Shown: in pieces, positions 25,926-40,369 of the stretch
Layout: each line of letters starts with the position of its first letter
Numbering within the stretch: the first letter of the stretch is position 1
DNA from: Glycera tridactyla
Taxonomy: Eukaryota
Direction: 5' to 3'
Assembly: GCA_965644265.1 (NCBI GenBank)
Contig: OZ286468.1
Location: forward strand, 17,670,001 to 17,734,000
DNA: 64,000 nt
The notes under the pieces: generated by a model
What the model was told of the DNA's origin: nothing
Databases searched by the model: none
Seen by the model: only the letters and a program-made list of their open reading frames with translations
Position numbers and translations under genes: made by a program

Positions 25926-26829
25926 TTCCATCGGTCTGTCCATCCGTTTACCATTACCGCCCTCACCCCGGCCACCTGCCTACTTGCCCTCTCACCTGCC
26001 ACACTGATTGCCTGTCTGTCTATCTGTTCATCCATCCGTCCACCTCTCAGTTTGTCTGTCTGTCCGTCTATCTGTTTGCATGACTGTACGTCCTACCCAT
26101 TCATCCCAATCTCCTTCTGACCCCTTACCTTTTCTGCTTTCTTACCTATATCCCTTTATGTAGTTGATCATTTCTGCTCGGCCTGTTGCTTACCTGTCTT
26201 AGTTTTTTCTGCATGATATTCTGTCTAGCCATGCAGCATCTGAGTAATACGATCTCTCTCTGCACAGGCGAACAAACATAAGGTATTGTGCACCACATCG
26301 GCTGAGAAACAAGATCCCACTTCCAATTATTCTCAAAAAAAAAAAAAAATTGTTATAATCGATTCAATCAAAAATTCTGCATACTTTCGAGAAATAAGCT
26401 AGAACTATACAGCATTTCAATCTTGATTGCCTTGGAAAAATCATTGTCTTAATCCTTTTTCTTATGTATTCCATATCTGGAATCAAATCTAGTCCCACCA
26501 TGGCATGACAATCAGTAGGTGCCAATTAATGTTCTTTTCTTTTTGAATAACGTATTGGATTTTTGTGCAACTATTGAGTGTACACTAAAGAGTACTTCCA
26601 TGTGGTTGGGGTGTTCAATAGGTTGCTTCAGTTGAATGGCACATGACTGCCACATGAGCTTTTAAGCTCGTTACATTCAGTGTTCATGACTTTGGAGGAT
26701 GAAAGGTGACTGAAGCTTCAACGCTCAGATGTGTCCTCTAAATATGGAATATATGGTAAGGTGGGGAGAGGACAGGATGATGACGAGAAATATACGTACA
26801 CAAGGAACCCATTATTACTTTTGCGAGCT

Positions 26830-29800
26830 TTTCAAGGAAGCTGTCCATGTGTATTCTGAGAATGGAGTCCATATACCCTACAGGCAGGAGACAGGAGAAG
26901 GGGCCAAAATGAGAGATGTTTCTTGTGAATATGTAACAGTATAACCACTACTTCCAACGACAACGAAACATGATAAATGAAATGGTCATTTTTATGTGAA
27001 TGCGTCACCTTCGGTCTTAGACCTTCCGAATTAATCTTGCTGTCAAAGATGAGGCAGTGTGTGGAATGGAGGAGAACAGAAGGATAGGTAATACGGCTGG
27101 TCAGCTGGTTTGGGGGATGGTGTTCTTCATCGGGTAGCTTGAATATGTGCTCAGTGCTTGTGTGAGGGTAATAAAATAGTCCTGGGATCGTGATACACAA
27201 CCTCATCACTTGTTAGTATTTGAACACTCAGCTGTGATATGTGAACATGGGAGCAGCCAGCTGAAGGAGAGTATTGGCCGCATTCTCTGAGCTCTCTCTC
27301 TAGGAGCTCCAGTTTATGACTCAAGTAAGCCACAATTGCTCCTGCCATTAGGCTGCTCCTATTTGTGGTACATTGAGTGATTGCCAATCAGGCTCCCTTG
27401 CTCGATTATTGGATGCTGATTGCTGGCACTTCAAGGCGTTCAGTGCCCATCATGGCTTGAGAAATCATCCTTCTGTTAGCCCACATACTCTCATCAATAC
27501 CTTTTTCTTCCTATGTTCAATTTTTCCAAAATTCTCAACCTGATACCTGCCTTTTAAGACGTCTGAAGAGCGTTTGGCAAGCAAAATTCATTGGGCATGG
27601 ATGAAAAGGTGATACTCAGATTCATCGAATATAGCTAGTGACCACCTCCGCAAAGTACATAGAAATATGGTGGTAGTCTGTTTGTTCCATACTTCTCCAA
27701 ACTTCGGTAAACAATCAATGTACAGACTTAGTTGCAAATATATTGTGTTTCCTTACAAGGTTTCCCATGATTTGTTGAGTCTCAAGAAATCATTCAAAAG
27801 TAGGTTAATTTTCCCTTATCATGGTTCATGTTCCGATATGGACAACAACTTCCCCTTACTTCACTTCACGATCATCTCCTTAGCTAGCCGTACCGAGTTC
27901 GCGAAATCCTCGAAATGAGGTTCAACATGTCATTACCCACATGATCCAAGCATTATACAGCCGCTCTATAATTGTGAGCATGCATAACATGGAGGTGAAT
28001 GGATGAAAAATGGAGATTATACATTGTTACCTCAACACAGAAGTACCTCACATTTCGCATGATGTATGTCACATACTACATGGCCATCTTCATATTTTTA
28101 TGTCATGTTCCACATAATACGACCCCAGAGGCTTATCATTCAGTGAAGAAGTCACCTGCAACAGTTGGTCCTTCACACAAATGTTCCCCAAGCCAGTGGT
28201 GGGATGATAAAATTGTGATGAAGGTGATTGTATAATGTCCACCGCTACTGGTGGGTATAGATTGCACTACGGTCGCTTTGGTCTGTTGTGTAAAGTGTTC
28301 TACACGGCTATATCAGATCGCTGTGGTCCCAGATGTTGAATACATAGCTGTTGTGTTTCTGCGTGCATCGATACACCAGCACCATTGGGAGACATTGTTC
28401 CATAGATCTCTCTCAAATGGCAGCAATATGACCTCGGTCATTCTATTGGCATTTACCTACTATTCATCATAAATACAGCATTGGTGATGCATACCTCATG
28501 GACAGTCATCAAACATCTGGTATATGCTCTATAGCTTACTGTAATTGAAATCATATCACATAAGTATGATCTCAATTCTTTGCATGCAGAAAAATGAATA
28601 GGGGAAGACATGCAAAACCATCGTATGCATCTTCAGCATCGCCACCGCCAGCTTCAAATTTGGCATCATACTTACCACTACCGTGTTTTCATTTCCAACA
28701 TCCACTACATATGTGATACAAGGGGTTTTGGATCAACTTCTTAGATTATCGTAGTGATCACCAGATGAAGGTTGTCCAGGGAGTTTGTCCGGTTATGATA
28801 CACACATATCTATGTATATCATGGGGATACATAGGATGGGAGAGTGCAGTCAAGTAGAGTGCAGTGGTGTTCCCTAGATGACCATACGCTTCTTTCACGT
28901 CTTCCTACTGATAGACATATATAACACATCTAGAGAGGCTGCCGAGGGACAAATATCAGGAAACATGTATGTGTTTCAACCATGCTACCTGAGTATCATC
29001 ATAGGTAGTATTTGTAAGCCATACACCTGAAACAAGGAGAATGATGGCTAACGCCTTGGCTACATGCCATGGACAACCGAAGCATGATTCTTTTTTCGAA
29101 AGGGAATTTTGCATCATGTCAGCGGATTTGATTCAGTCTCAGAGTTGTATCAAATTTGTTGAAATCGCCGATTAGGATATTATTGAGATATGGCTTCTAT
29201 TCTACATTCTCTCTCTCCCTCTCGCTCCCAACCTCCACTCTCTATCTATCTTTTCATCTCTCCCTCTATTTCTATCATTCTTTTTTACTCTCACTCTCTC
29301 TTTAACCCAGTTCTTTTCTCTATTCACGAAGCACATCCTTTGTGTTTGAACTGTTCATCCAGTTGACTTGGCAGCAGGTGGCCTCCAAGTATGCGTGTAT
29401 GTGCATGCGTGTGTGTGTGTCACTTTGAGAGAAAATATATGTGGGAGAAAGGAAGGAGATAGGAGGACAGGCAAAGTGACAGAGCAACTCGAAGAGAAAG
29501 AAAAACAGGCAGACAGGTAGACCGGATGATACGTGGACAGGAAGACAGCTGACTGATCCCATGGATGTTTTAGTAGATTATAAGTAATCATGTAAAATTT
29601 CATCGAGGTATCCAATAGGACTACAGCCAAAGCCGGAGATAGTTCCACTAATGGACAAATATGTGGCACATCGTAGTTCATCATATTTACTGTGAACACA
29701 TCGAGTAAACACATAATGGAAAAGAGGAATGAATTATCAGGTCTGTGAATCTGCTGACCTCTATGTTAAAGATGTAAGACTAGTCTGTAAGGGATGGCAA

Positions 29801-31300
29801 GGTCTTCAATCACAGGTCAGGGCATGAAACATGCATAGACACTCCTCATTATTCATCAGAGAGAACTTTGTTGATGATGACAGCTACCCAAGTAGCCTTG
29901 GGTCATTAGTACGGCTTCATTAAATCCACCTCAGTTTGACATCATTCAGCTGTGAGTGGTTGCCAAAGCTCACGAGATCAGTCACCCTTCTGAAGCATAT
30001 ACCTTTTTCAGAAGCATGTATGTGTTCCAGGCCAATCACTCTGGTTTGATATTGAAAAAGTTACAGATGAAAAGTGAAATATGGATGATTGTTCCAATAG
30101 ATTAGCAAACTAGATGATAAACTCTATGTCACAACCAAAAATACATTGTACCTGTTGATGATGGCCGACGAAATTGGCCGAAACTGTCAATAGGTACGAT
30201 ATATTTTTGGTTGTGACCGAGAGTTTATGATCTAGATCGAACTTGCCAACCTGATGAATCTATTTCAAGATTAGCAAACTGTTGCAAAACTAAGTATGTG
30301 AATAAGCCACATTCATGAAAGCTATGTTGGAGAAGAGACAGGAATCCGAGGTAGGTTCCTGATTCGAAAAGTGATAGGAAAGTGACAGATGATCATTGAC
30401 TGTGACGAGGCAGGGATCCTCAGGTTATGCTCAGTCTCCCCACCCTAGGGTGGAGGATGCTAGGTTGGTTTTCTTTCAAATTTAAAACTCTCAAAACTGA
30501 ATACTCCATTGGTCCATGTTTATTTTCTCTACTCCAAGCAGTGCACAGGATTTTCAACCTGGAGATAATCCGCATGATCCACGCCAACAGGGCCATGCTG
30601 GCTGAATCAAATATATCCAATTTGTCTCAAAAAAATATATATATCATTTCAGGATGTATGTATTCATTGATGTTCACATCTGTCATTTCACTATGAAATG
30701 TTCCAACAAAAGCATAACATCCAGAGGAAGACTGGAATATGAAATATCGATCAGTCGTTGACATGATCTAGTTTAACCATAACAAGGAATTTTCACTGAA
30801 TCAATCAGAATATGGTCCTACTAAATGGTGGCGATATCTGATTTTATTCTCTTGGATACATCTTTTCAGTCTAATCACAGCGACAGAATTTCAAACGGAT
30901 TCTCTCTACATGGATGCCCCCCCCCCTCCTTGGTCTGCATACTTCTTCTGATGCATACAATTTCCCCAACCATACATGCAAAACACACCAACGCTCAGGC
31001 ACACATGCACACACACTCATACACTCACACACACACATACACACACCATTGCAAATTCGAACGAACTATCCATGGTGAGGACAATTCACAGACAATTTGA
31101 ATATAAAAAAGAGGGTATCTTTCCAGATCTCTTTCAAGTTCCATGAGAGACCAAGGCAAGTATGGTGATTGATACAGGGATGTAGGTTGCCACTTTCGAT
31201 TAATGAGAACTAGACCAGAGTGCAGTAAAAGTAATGAGGCTGAATTCAGCAGGAGGGTCAGGAGATTGTCTATTGAATGTATAGGGTCTCGACTGAGCAT
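26830..31300 (-). pseudogene. Decayed LRR(-TIR) pseudogene fragments
   Basis: YSVLRVLNLKENQPSIL (30420-30520) fits LxxLxLxxN. IHSIDNLLTLLLNSASL and LPWSLMELERDL (31025-31300). TIR-like AIVAYLSH and RTILLPS (27150-27390). Boundaries approximate. Confidence 0.45.
30112..30267 (+). mobile_element. 156-bp insertion with degenerate minimal type-I hammerhead motif (Penelope pLTR-like)
   Basis: 13-bp TSD AGATTAGCAAACT (30099-30111 and 30268-30280). 29-bp inverted arms (30115-30143 and 30202-30230). Core (T)TGATGA-T-GGCC..GGCC-GAAAC-T-GTC. Confidence 0.6.
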
Positions 31301-31559
31301 GCGACTTGGGTAGAATTAATAAGGATGTTGATGACCGGTGTTGACCCCTCACTATGTCCCTAATGTAGGCAAGCATTGACTCAGTCTATTGCTGCTGCAC
31401 TTCCTCACATTATGGTATAGCATTTGACAAATGTAACGAGGGAAATACAGAGATATGGCGACGGAAATGCATGAATGGCGAATATATAGAAAGACAAAAT
31501 ATAATCAATATAGGGGAAAATGACCCCAAGACAGAAACTTGAAAAAAATAGGCAGAGGG

Positions 31560-31760
31560 TGATAGACAGATAAACAGACAGACAGACAGACTGACAAACA
31601 GACACACGGACAGACACATAGCAGACAGACATACAGATAGACTGACAGACCTGCAGAAAGATAGACACACAGACAGACACACAGTCAGGGAAACATACAG
31701 ATTGATGGAAGATGGATGAACAGGCAGACAGGAGAGCAGATGGACAGCAGACAGTCAGAC
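31560..31760. repeat. (GACA)n-like tract
   Basis: Imperfect GACA/CAGA repeats. Confidence 0.85.
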
Positions 31761-32329
31761 AGACGTTAAAAAAAAGAGATAGAGGAAGTTTGACTGCAGG
31801 CTAGACTATTGGTTGGTCATCAAACATTGATGGAGAGTCCATGCCATTTATCAAAACAAACCTTGTAGAGGACAGCCTTCCATGTAGCCATGGATCATCG
31901 ACATATCTTCATTAGATTCACCTTTGGCCTGACATTAATCATTTGTGAACGATGGGCCGAGTTGATGATATCAGACATCTTCAAGCAGCTGCTATTCTTC
32001 TTAGCAGCATCCGGCTTGTGTCAGCCTACGAGCATCTCTTTTTCTCTCTATATATATGTATATAAATATATTTATATATATATATACATTTATACATTAT
32101 ATAAATATACATTGAAATATACATTACATGCAGCGACAATATTTCCTATTGAGAGTCGAATATTGCCATCCTTCAGGGTATACCAAAAAAAAAGAGCATA
32201 AATTAGCCTGGTATTCGATGTCACTGAAACATTCCTCTGAAAATATATAGATATAGTGCATGCAAATTTGATAGTATTCCATTAGAGATACAATTAAACA
32301 TCGCAGGTTTTATCTGAATTCCTACTACA

Positions 32330-33620
32330 TCATTATCCGTACCCCCAAAGCATCAAACAATCTGAGGTTGATATGAGAACCCAACTCAGGCAAAACAGGT
32401 CACAAGTGAGAGCCAAAATCAATTGGACATACATGAAAATGGGAATCGGTAGCCATAGTAGATATCTGATTATATTGAGTGAATTTGGCACAGAGGTGAC
32501 TGATACAGAAGCAGGGGTCATTTTCATGTGAGTTTATCACCTCTCATCTTCCCTAAGATATTCAAAGAAGGATATCCCACAGGATCGAAGGTTTAGATTA
32601 CTCCAGTATGTCCTGTTTAGTTGTGTGTGACCCGCCTGAGGATTGCTACTGAAAGGCCAATCTAGTCTGAGACAAGAGGCTGACAGACATGAATGTGACC
32701 CATCGGCGGAGAACACTCTATATTGAATCCACAGTGCATCTGTCAAATGTTCCCACAGTACAACTATTCCATGGTTATTGTTGAATGTGGGCAAGTGTAT
32801 GTGACAAGTGTGTATGTGTGTGGAGATGTGGTGCGAGATTTGGGATTGAAGGGCTTCTTGTATGATTGAGAGGCAAAAAATCAGCCAACCTATTGATAAT
32901 ATAAGAGGATTACCGTCTCGATGGGAAATGACAGGATCGATATGAGTTCACTCTCTGGGATAGAGGATTAGTACACGGGCCCATTTCAGGCAATGGCCAA
33001 CTTCATTTTAGACTGGAACAATTTGTTTCATCTGATCAATCATCTTTCTGTCTGCCAATCTCTTCTATATTCAACAGAACGGTCATGGCTGATTGGCTGA
33101 TGTAATGTTAAATATATATTCAGATTATGCTGAATTACTCCTTGCATGATGCTTCAAAAAACTTTTGGAAATACATTGAAGAAGGAGCAAGATATTAAAC
33201 CCTCAGTGCGGGTCATATAACACCATAAATGTAACAGTTAATGTGAATTAGGACCTCCCTCACGACATAAGAATTACATTAGAGGCATGGGCTGCCCGGT
33301 ATTCAGCTGCTTTCTAATGCAACTCATTTCTTGTCCTTGATTGTACACTGTGACCGACTGTCTGAAGCCACACAAATATACAATAAGTTTGTTTTGGACA
33401 AATATTTTCCAGTGTATGAAGCTTCACAACGGGATGGTCAATGTCTCTTGGCAAACGGTGTTTCATTTTCACTCCGAATGATGTAAGGGTTAATTGGTCT
33501 AATAAACATGAATATAGTGAACAGAAGATAAACAGGCGACACCCGCAGATGTAAAATCTTGGAGAATCAGCTTCAACAAAATCATTGAAAGGATGAATAG
33601 CAGAAATATTCACAAGATCA
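32330..33620 (-). pseudogene. Decayed LRR-CT/TM/TIR-like fragments
   Basis: DSPRFYICGCRLFIF (cf. NPFxCxCxLxxF), then PVVKLHTLENICP and a hydrophobic stretch. DALWIQ and CLRLDWPF downstream are weakly TIR-like. Confidence 0.35.
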
Positions 33621-34122
33621 CCAAAAAGACTAAACGAGTCTATTTACCAATTTTGAAAAAAAATAGCAATATTGAGAGAGATTTTGGTCATAATTGATTG
33701 GGTGAAACGACCACTTCGATATCTATTGAATTATCAAAAATATCTTGCAGATGTGGCACGAAATATTTCATATCAGGAGGATACTTCGTCTCACCCAATC
33801 ATGGAGTGACCACCAGTATTTGAATTTGTGTGATTGAAACATTCTTGCCCACGAAAAAGAGGATGAATTTGCCACCAGATTTTTTCAAACTGAGCTGGCG
33901 CAATCTAGGATATCACTGCCTAGCATTTTCCTGAAAAGCATCAGTGGCCATAGCTTTCTGACAAGATGGAGATGCGCTTTTGTTGAAGAGAATTTGAAGA
34001 GAAAGGAAGACGTCAGTGTTCAGTTCCCTGCACAGTGCCTGGTAAGCAAAGTTTCACCTGTTAATGTGTCCCGAAAGCAACTCACTTTTTTCTACTTTTG
34101 TGCCCATCGATAGAATTCTCTG

Positions 34123-34347
34123 TTGACAGATGTGATAGTAGTATGGCCGTCAGTTGTAGCTATGATGCTTGAGGTAGTAGCAGTAGTAGTAGTAGTAAAA
34201 GTAGTAGTAGTAACAGTAGTAGTAGTAGTGGAGTTATTGACAGTTGTTGTTGTAATACATGTGATTGTAGTGGTTTTGATGGTCGCAATAGTGAAGAGAT
34301 TTGTGATATAAGAAGTAGTAGCAGTAGTAGTAATAGTAGTAGTTGTA
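34123..34347. repeat. (GTA)n-rich tract
   Basis: Imperfect GTA repeats abutting a gap. Confidence 0.9.
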
Positions 34348-34980
34348 NNNNNNNNNNNNNNNNNNNNNNNNNNNNNNNNNNNNNNNNNNNNNNNNNNNNN
34401 NNNNNNNNNNNNNNNNNNNNNNNNNNNNNNNNNNNNNNNNNNNNNNNNNNNNNNNNNNNNNNNNNNNNNNNNNNNNNNNNNNNNNNNNNNNNNNNNNNNN
34501 NNNNNTCAGCATAAGAAACAGTTGTTGTTGTTGGTGTACGGAAAGTGTAGTAGTGAATGAGATAGTGGTACGAGNNNNNNNNNNNNNNNNNNNNNNNNNN
34601 NNNNNNNNNNNNNNNNNNNNNNNNNNNNNNNNNNNNNNNNNNNNNNNNNNNNNNNNNNNNNNNNNNNNNNNNNNNNNNNNNNNNNNNNNNNNNNNNNNNN
34701 NNNNNNNNNNNNGAGTGGTAGAAACAGAACTAGAAGCAACCACAGCAGCAAGAACAACAACAGCAGAATCAGCAGCAGCAGTAGTATTGACAGGGGTAGT
34801 AGTAGTGNNNNNNNNNNNNNNNNNNNNNNNNNNNNNNNNNNNNNNNNNNNNNNNNNNNNNNNNNNNNNNNNNNNNNNNNNNNNNNNNNNNNNNNNNNNNN
34901 NNNNNNNNNNNNNNNNNNNNNNNNNNNNNNNNNNNNNNNNNNNNNNNNNNNNNNNNNNNNNNNNNNNNNNNNNNNNNNNN
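34348..34980. other. Three assembly gaps (34348-34505, 34575-34712, 34808-34980)
   Basis: N runs; the second and third coincide with GTA tracts in copy A. Confidence 1.
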
Positions 34981-36956
34981 TCAGAAGAAACTCGAGCTAG
35001 TGAGTAGAATACCCGATGATGTTTTCACCGTATCTCAGTGTCTATCGCTGAAACAATCTTTTGTCTAGTACTACTGAATAATTGATTCACACGTATCAGC
35101 TTTTGCTTGTCATCTCCAAGTTTGGCTGACAGAGTATGGAGTCCACGATGTAGGGAATCCTTTGAGCACCTATTAGATAAATTATCCTCTAGCTTAAGCA
35201 GGATGTGAACAAGACAGTTTCAACGATCACCTGTCAACTCCTACCAGCTCTTTGTGAAAATTTACATAATCATCAAATTTCCAAAAGACTTGCTGTCTGC
35301 TTAGGTTTCGACAGCTTCTGGCAAAGTTTCCCTGCTCCAAGACCCCTGGAAATACCACAACAAGACAGTGTTTGCAATCGTTTATCGAATGAATGATATT
35401 TAGATGAAAATTCGAGTGAATGCAAAGCAAATTCATTGAATCCTATTTCGGAAGAATATTGACATGAAGCAGTTGTCACAATGCCCTTCAGGAAGGCTTC
35501 CTTGATCTTCATTGGTGTAGATGGAACATGGGGGGAGGGTTGAGGGATAGGCTTTTTCGAAAGTCATCTGGTGTACATTAGGGAGCCAGTGAAGTGTTTC
35601 TTTCAGGATAGAGGTGATACGCTGATCGTGGCTGCAGGACACTGTTAAAAGGGCAGCACAGTTCATTTCATGTTGAAGCTTTCTGATCTGAGACTTCGGG
35701 AGGCCAAAGAGTGCACTATTGCAATAGTCGAGTCTGAATGAGGTGAGAGGGTGTGTCAGGGTCTTTGTAGCTTCAGGTCTGATGCATTCATGGATGCGGT
35801 TTTGTGCAGTTATTACTATCGCTGACGCCACCATCACCCCTACCACCATCACCATGATCAATAATCAACAATACCATGATGAAGCTTATTTGCTTAGTTC
35901 ATTGGAGTCTTTATTACAACAGATGGTGTTGATAGTCTTTCTATTTCAACAGGCATAACGTCCATTCCAATCCTTTCCACTGGACAGCGGGCCAAGTTAA
36001 CAGAGACATTGTTGGTAACAAATAGTTGGTGCATCCTACGCAAGTCTGCCTTCAGTGCAAGTCTGATGTCACGGAAGAGCTCTTAAGATACATTACCTTC
36101 CATGTTCCATGTATCTCCTATCCACTAGGTGTGAATTTACCATCTGGTCAAATTCCCCATGGCTCTTGTCACAGGGAGGCATAATGTCTTCTCTGTCACA
36201 TCAGCCGACATGAGGTGTCTTAGAATGTGCTTGAACTCTGCTGGGATAGGATAGATCTCCATTTTCCAAACGAGCTCTCGCTAATGCATTGTATGATCGT
36301 CACTATTGCGAAAAGCGAATGAAGATCTGTGGTTCCATTCGAAAACATCATCACCAATGTTATTGCAATTTTAAATTGGTACCATTCTCTCCCTGAAAAG
36401 TGTAAATCCGACCTGAGACGTGATGAAATGTACTTCCATATGCATTAGTAATGATTTAACTTCAATTTGTGTAATCAATATATTCAACAACATGAGTTGT
36501 CTGTTTTTCATGGGTCACAGACACGCATTTTTTTCTTTCACCAGGCTCGACCTTTCTAATGTCTGAGGAGGGAGGGTATTACAGTGTCTCAGACGATGAC
36601 ATTATTGTGCTGTCAAATTCTGGGCACACAATGATTACATGGAGCACACCATTTTCTGATTATGCAAGGTTTGTATAGGCCCTAGAGATGACAAAATGCT
36701 GAGTGTCTGCATCTGCGTTGGAATGTCCATGCTTTTGAAATGCATCCGGAAAGACCATCGAATTTTGAACATTTTAACTGTCCTCTCACATTTGTCCAAT
36801 GCACGTCTTGGTGCTCTGGTTACCGGTCCACCTATTCAAATAATGCCGATAATGGCTTCTGTCATATGGCAAGTAGTATGATTGGAGTTGATGCTTTGTA
36901 ATCATTAGATTCAATTTTTGAGCATTAGATTAAGTTTGTTCAGGTTGATTGGGTAG
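34506..36956 (+). repeat. Recent duplication, copy B part 1 (includes the duplicate TIR-like remnant on the minus strand)
   Basis: Matches 14390-16180, except for the 544-bp insert. Confidence 0.92.
35257..35800 (-). mobile_element. 5'-truncated L2-type LINE fragment
   Basis: Absent in copy A. Flanked by a TTTGTG direct repeat (35251-35256 and 35801-35806). Encodes SFRLDYCNSALFGLP..LQ..N.AA..ITSIL..LHWLP, the L2 ORF2 C-terminus. Confidence 0.85.
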
Positions 36957-37268
36957 GCTTCATAAGGCTTCATAAATCTTTATTTGTCAGAAGTGTATCT
37001 TTGACACATCTCCCCTTCAAACATGAGGAGTACAGAAACAAATTCACATGCGACTTTCATTGACTCAGTCTAAATATAGTATCAAATGCATGAATACAGA
37101 GTACAATAATATAAGTGATTGGTGATGCTGTGGGAATAAGAGTATAGGCACAGGTATGTAGGCTTAGATGGGAAAAAGTTGATATTCACCGAACATCCTC
37201 ATTCCAATAGACAATTTTAAACATAGATATGACAGGACCAGACTCAGTGTTTGATGGCGACATTCTTA

Positions 37269-40146
37269 TCATAGGTTGAATTTAACTTTGTTTAATTGGC
37301 TCTTGAAGATATTTACACTCTCGGATTCTTTCATTTGGGATGACAGCCCATTGTATACCCTCGAGCCACGGACTGATAGTCTTCTGTCCGCAGTAACATT
37401 AAATGAGCGAGGGATTTCCAGGAAATTTCCCACTTGCCTCCTTGTGATGGGGCCTTTGTGCACTACTCTGCGGTTAAAGAGTGAGCAGAGATCTCCCGGG
37501 AGCTTGTCATGGATTCCCTGGTAGACCATGACACAAAGATGTTTGTGTCTTCTGGATTTCAATGTATCCAAATCTAAATCTTGGTGCATTTCACGCACAC
37601 TGCGGAGCTGATTCGCTTGTAAGACAATACGACAAGCCGCATTTTGTATACGTTGGAGTCTGTCAGTATCTCTGACTGAAATTACATCGTAGGCCACATC
37701 GCAATAGTCCAGCACCGGGAGGACAAGGGATTGGTAGACCATAAGCGCTGTGCTTTGATTCACATTTTTTCTTGCCCTGCCGATGATGGCCAATTTACGT
37801 GTACAATTTCCTACCAAGTAATCTGTATGGTGAGAAAAATTCAGATGGCTGTCCAACCAAACACCTAAGTATTTGAATTTGTCAACGCGTTCCAGAAGCG
37901 TGCCATTCATCACCATGGTCATCTATTGCATCTTCGTTAAATTTGGAGCCGTGCCAAAAAGCATCCATTTTGTTTTAGCAGTATTTACAGTCAACTTGTT
38001 TGTGTGAAACCAGCCTTTTGCCTCTATTATTCCGAGTTGTAAATTCAATTTGATATCATCACTGGTTTCACCACTGAAGTAAATTGCTGTGTCATCAGCG
38101 TACATTTTCACTTTGCAACTGGGAATGCTTTCCGGCAGATCATTAATAAATATTACGAAGAGAAGGGGTCCCAAAATGGGACCTTGTGGGACACCACATT
38201 TAATACTCATAGATGATGAGAGAACATCTTGGATGCGCGTTTGTTGTGTCGGGCTCTCAAAATAATTATGGAACCATCTTAAACTGTTTGCATCAGCTCC
38301 ATAAAGATCAAGTTTGTGAAGTAAGGTTGTATGGTCCACAGTATCAAAAGCCTTTTTCAGGTCCAGAAAGGCCACCCTATTAGCACCCCCCTCATTCACA
38401 CTGTTGTACATTTCCTCAAGAAAAGACATAAGGCAGGTGCTAGTGGAGTATCCCCTTCTGAAACCTGATTGTGCATCACACAAAAGTCCATTGATACTAA
38501 GGAAGGAGGATAATTGGCTATGTGCTGCACATTCGATCAACTTGCTCACCACAGTTAGGACACTGATAGGTCTGTAGTTGGACACGTCGTCTCGCTTACC
38601 ATTTTTGTAGATAGGGCACACAATGGCCTTTTTATGCTCGGATGGGATCACACTAGTTTCGAAGGTCAAATTTACAAGATGGGCAAGTGCAGACGCAATC
38701 TGGTGTTTGCATGCTTTTAGCAGGCGGGCAGGAATGTTGTCTATACCAGTGGCCTTACTTTCACCAATTTTGTTCAGTTGATTGATAATGAACTCGGCAT
38801 CAATTTTACAAGGCTAAAGCGTTCAGCACCTTCCGGAATCTTAGGTGGCAGATCTGTGAGTATGCCCTCTGGAAAATTCTTTGCAAGGTCTTGCCCAATA
38901 TTAGAGAAATATTCATTGACAATTTGGGCAATATCTTTCGCATCAGTAATGTCCCCGATCTTACTAAGGTCCTTAGTCAGTTTTGAATTGGGAAGCAGTC
39001 TTCGTAATGTAGCCCATAGTTTTCGGTAGTCATGTTTGTATTTAGTCAGAGCGGTATTGAAATAGTCACACCGTAAGTCTTGTTTCAGTATAGATGTCCT
39101 GTTGCGTGCAAGTCTGTAATTCTCCCAATTCTCGTCCGTTTTGTGCCTGTCGTATCGTCTTTTTAGGTTATTCTGCTCATCCATAAAACTATACATTTGA
39201 CCAGTTTTCCATGAAACAGCGTTAACATCCACCATTTTCTTCTTCAGAGGAACCATGCTGTCCATAACCTTGGTGAATTTCTCTTCAAATACACTCCAAC
39301 ATGCTTCACTGTCAGTTGAGTTTAGAACCTGCCTCCAGCCCTCTTCTGCCACTGCATCAGCGAACCTAGCGGCACTGAAACCACGATAGTTCCTCACCCA
39401 GATCTCTCGTTTCACCTTCTTGGTCTCACCCTTTTTCCTTATCCCCACGAGAATACTATGATCTGATGCCCCGTGTGAGCGGACTCTGTAGTGGCTGTGC
39501 ATGTCCTTGTTGTTCGTTACTAAATGGTCAATCGTCGATTCAGTGGTCTCTGAGATGCGTGTATGTTCGTCTATAAGTTGATCATAGTTGTGTTCTTGTA
39601 GCCAATCATGGTATTTCCGTCTATTGGGTGTCCTCCTGCTCCAGTCGATATTAATGTCTCCCATGATAACTAACTCTGTGTTAGGGATGAAAGTTGCAAT
39701 ATTACAGGCTTCATTTAGTAGTTCGAGTGCCTGATCGAGGTTACCATCAGGAGGGCGGTAGCAGCAGGCAAACACAATGGGACGGGTGAATTTCGAATCA
39801 ATACTAAGCCAGCAGGATTCAAGATCTGGGGAATATGTATCAAGTTCATGTAGGTGGGTGAAGGGAATATTGTCATTAATGTAAATAAGAGTTCCCCCGC
39901 CGCTTGATTTTCCTAGGGTGGGATCTCTGTCTGCTCGTATGATCGAGTATCCCTCGAAGGATATTTGGCTATTGCAGATCAAGTTATTTATCCAGGTTCA
40001 CTAAGCGAAAAAATGTCAGGTTTGCATTCAACAATAATTTTTTCCACCTCCTCCAGGTTTTTATAAAGGCTAAGGATATTCCAGTGGAGCAGGGAGACAC
40101 CCTTTTGGTTGCAGTGGCCCCTGAGGTCGTCGTCATGTTCCGTCAT
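37269..40146 (-). pseudogene. LINE ORF2 (APE endonuclease + RT)
   Basis: MTEH..LLHWNI, YRPP, GDIN, IDH, SDH; LDLKKAFDTVDH, QGPILGPLLF, YADDT, KYLG. Frameshifts near 40030, 40000 and 38808; in-frame TAG at 37923-37925. Confidence 0.92.
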
Positions 40147-40369
40147 TTCGAGTCATTGTGAGGATGTTTATCAACAGTTTATCCCATGTCTGGTTGCCTA
40201 ATTGTACCATACTTATTCACAACAGTATTTGAGAAATGATAAGATTGAACTTAAGAGGAAGATTTTTAGGAGTGAGCTTGGTGTACTGCTATATCGACGT
40301 ACAGGATATGTTGCATAATATTTATGAGTACTGATATACTTCGAATGAAGTTGTTAACTAAGATATTGT

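Noticed and set aside
25340-28480. SRCR-, thyroglobulin- or GPCR-like snippets (FRCRGN..LLDC, CWCID, IVGL..N)
   Set aside because: Short isolated matches amid stops, not colinear into any domain.
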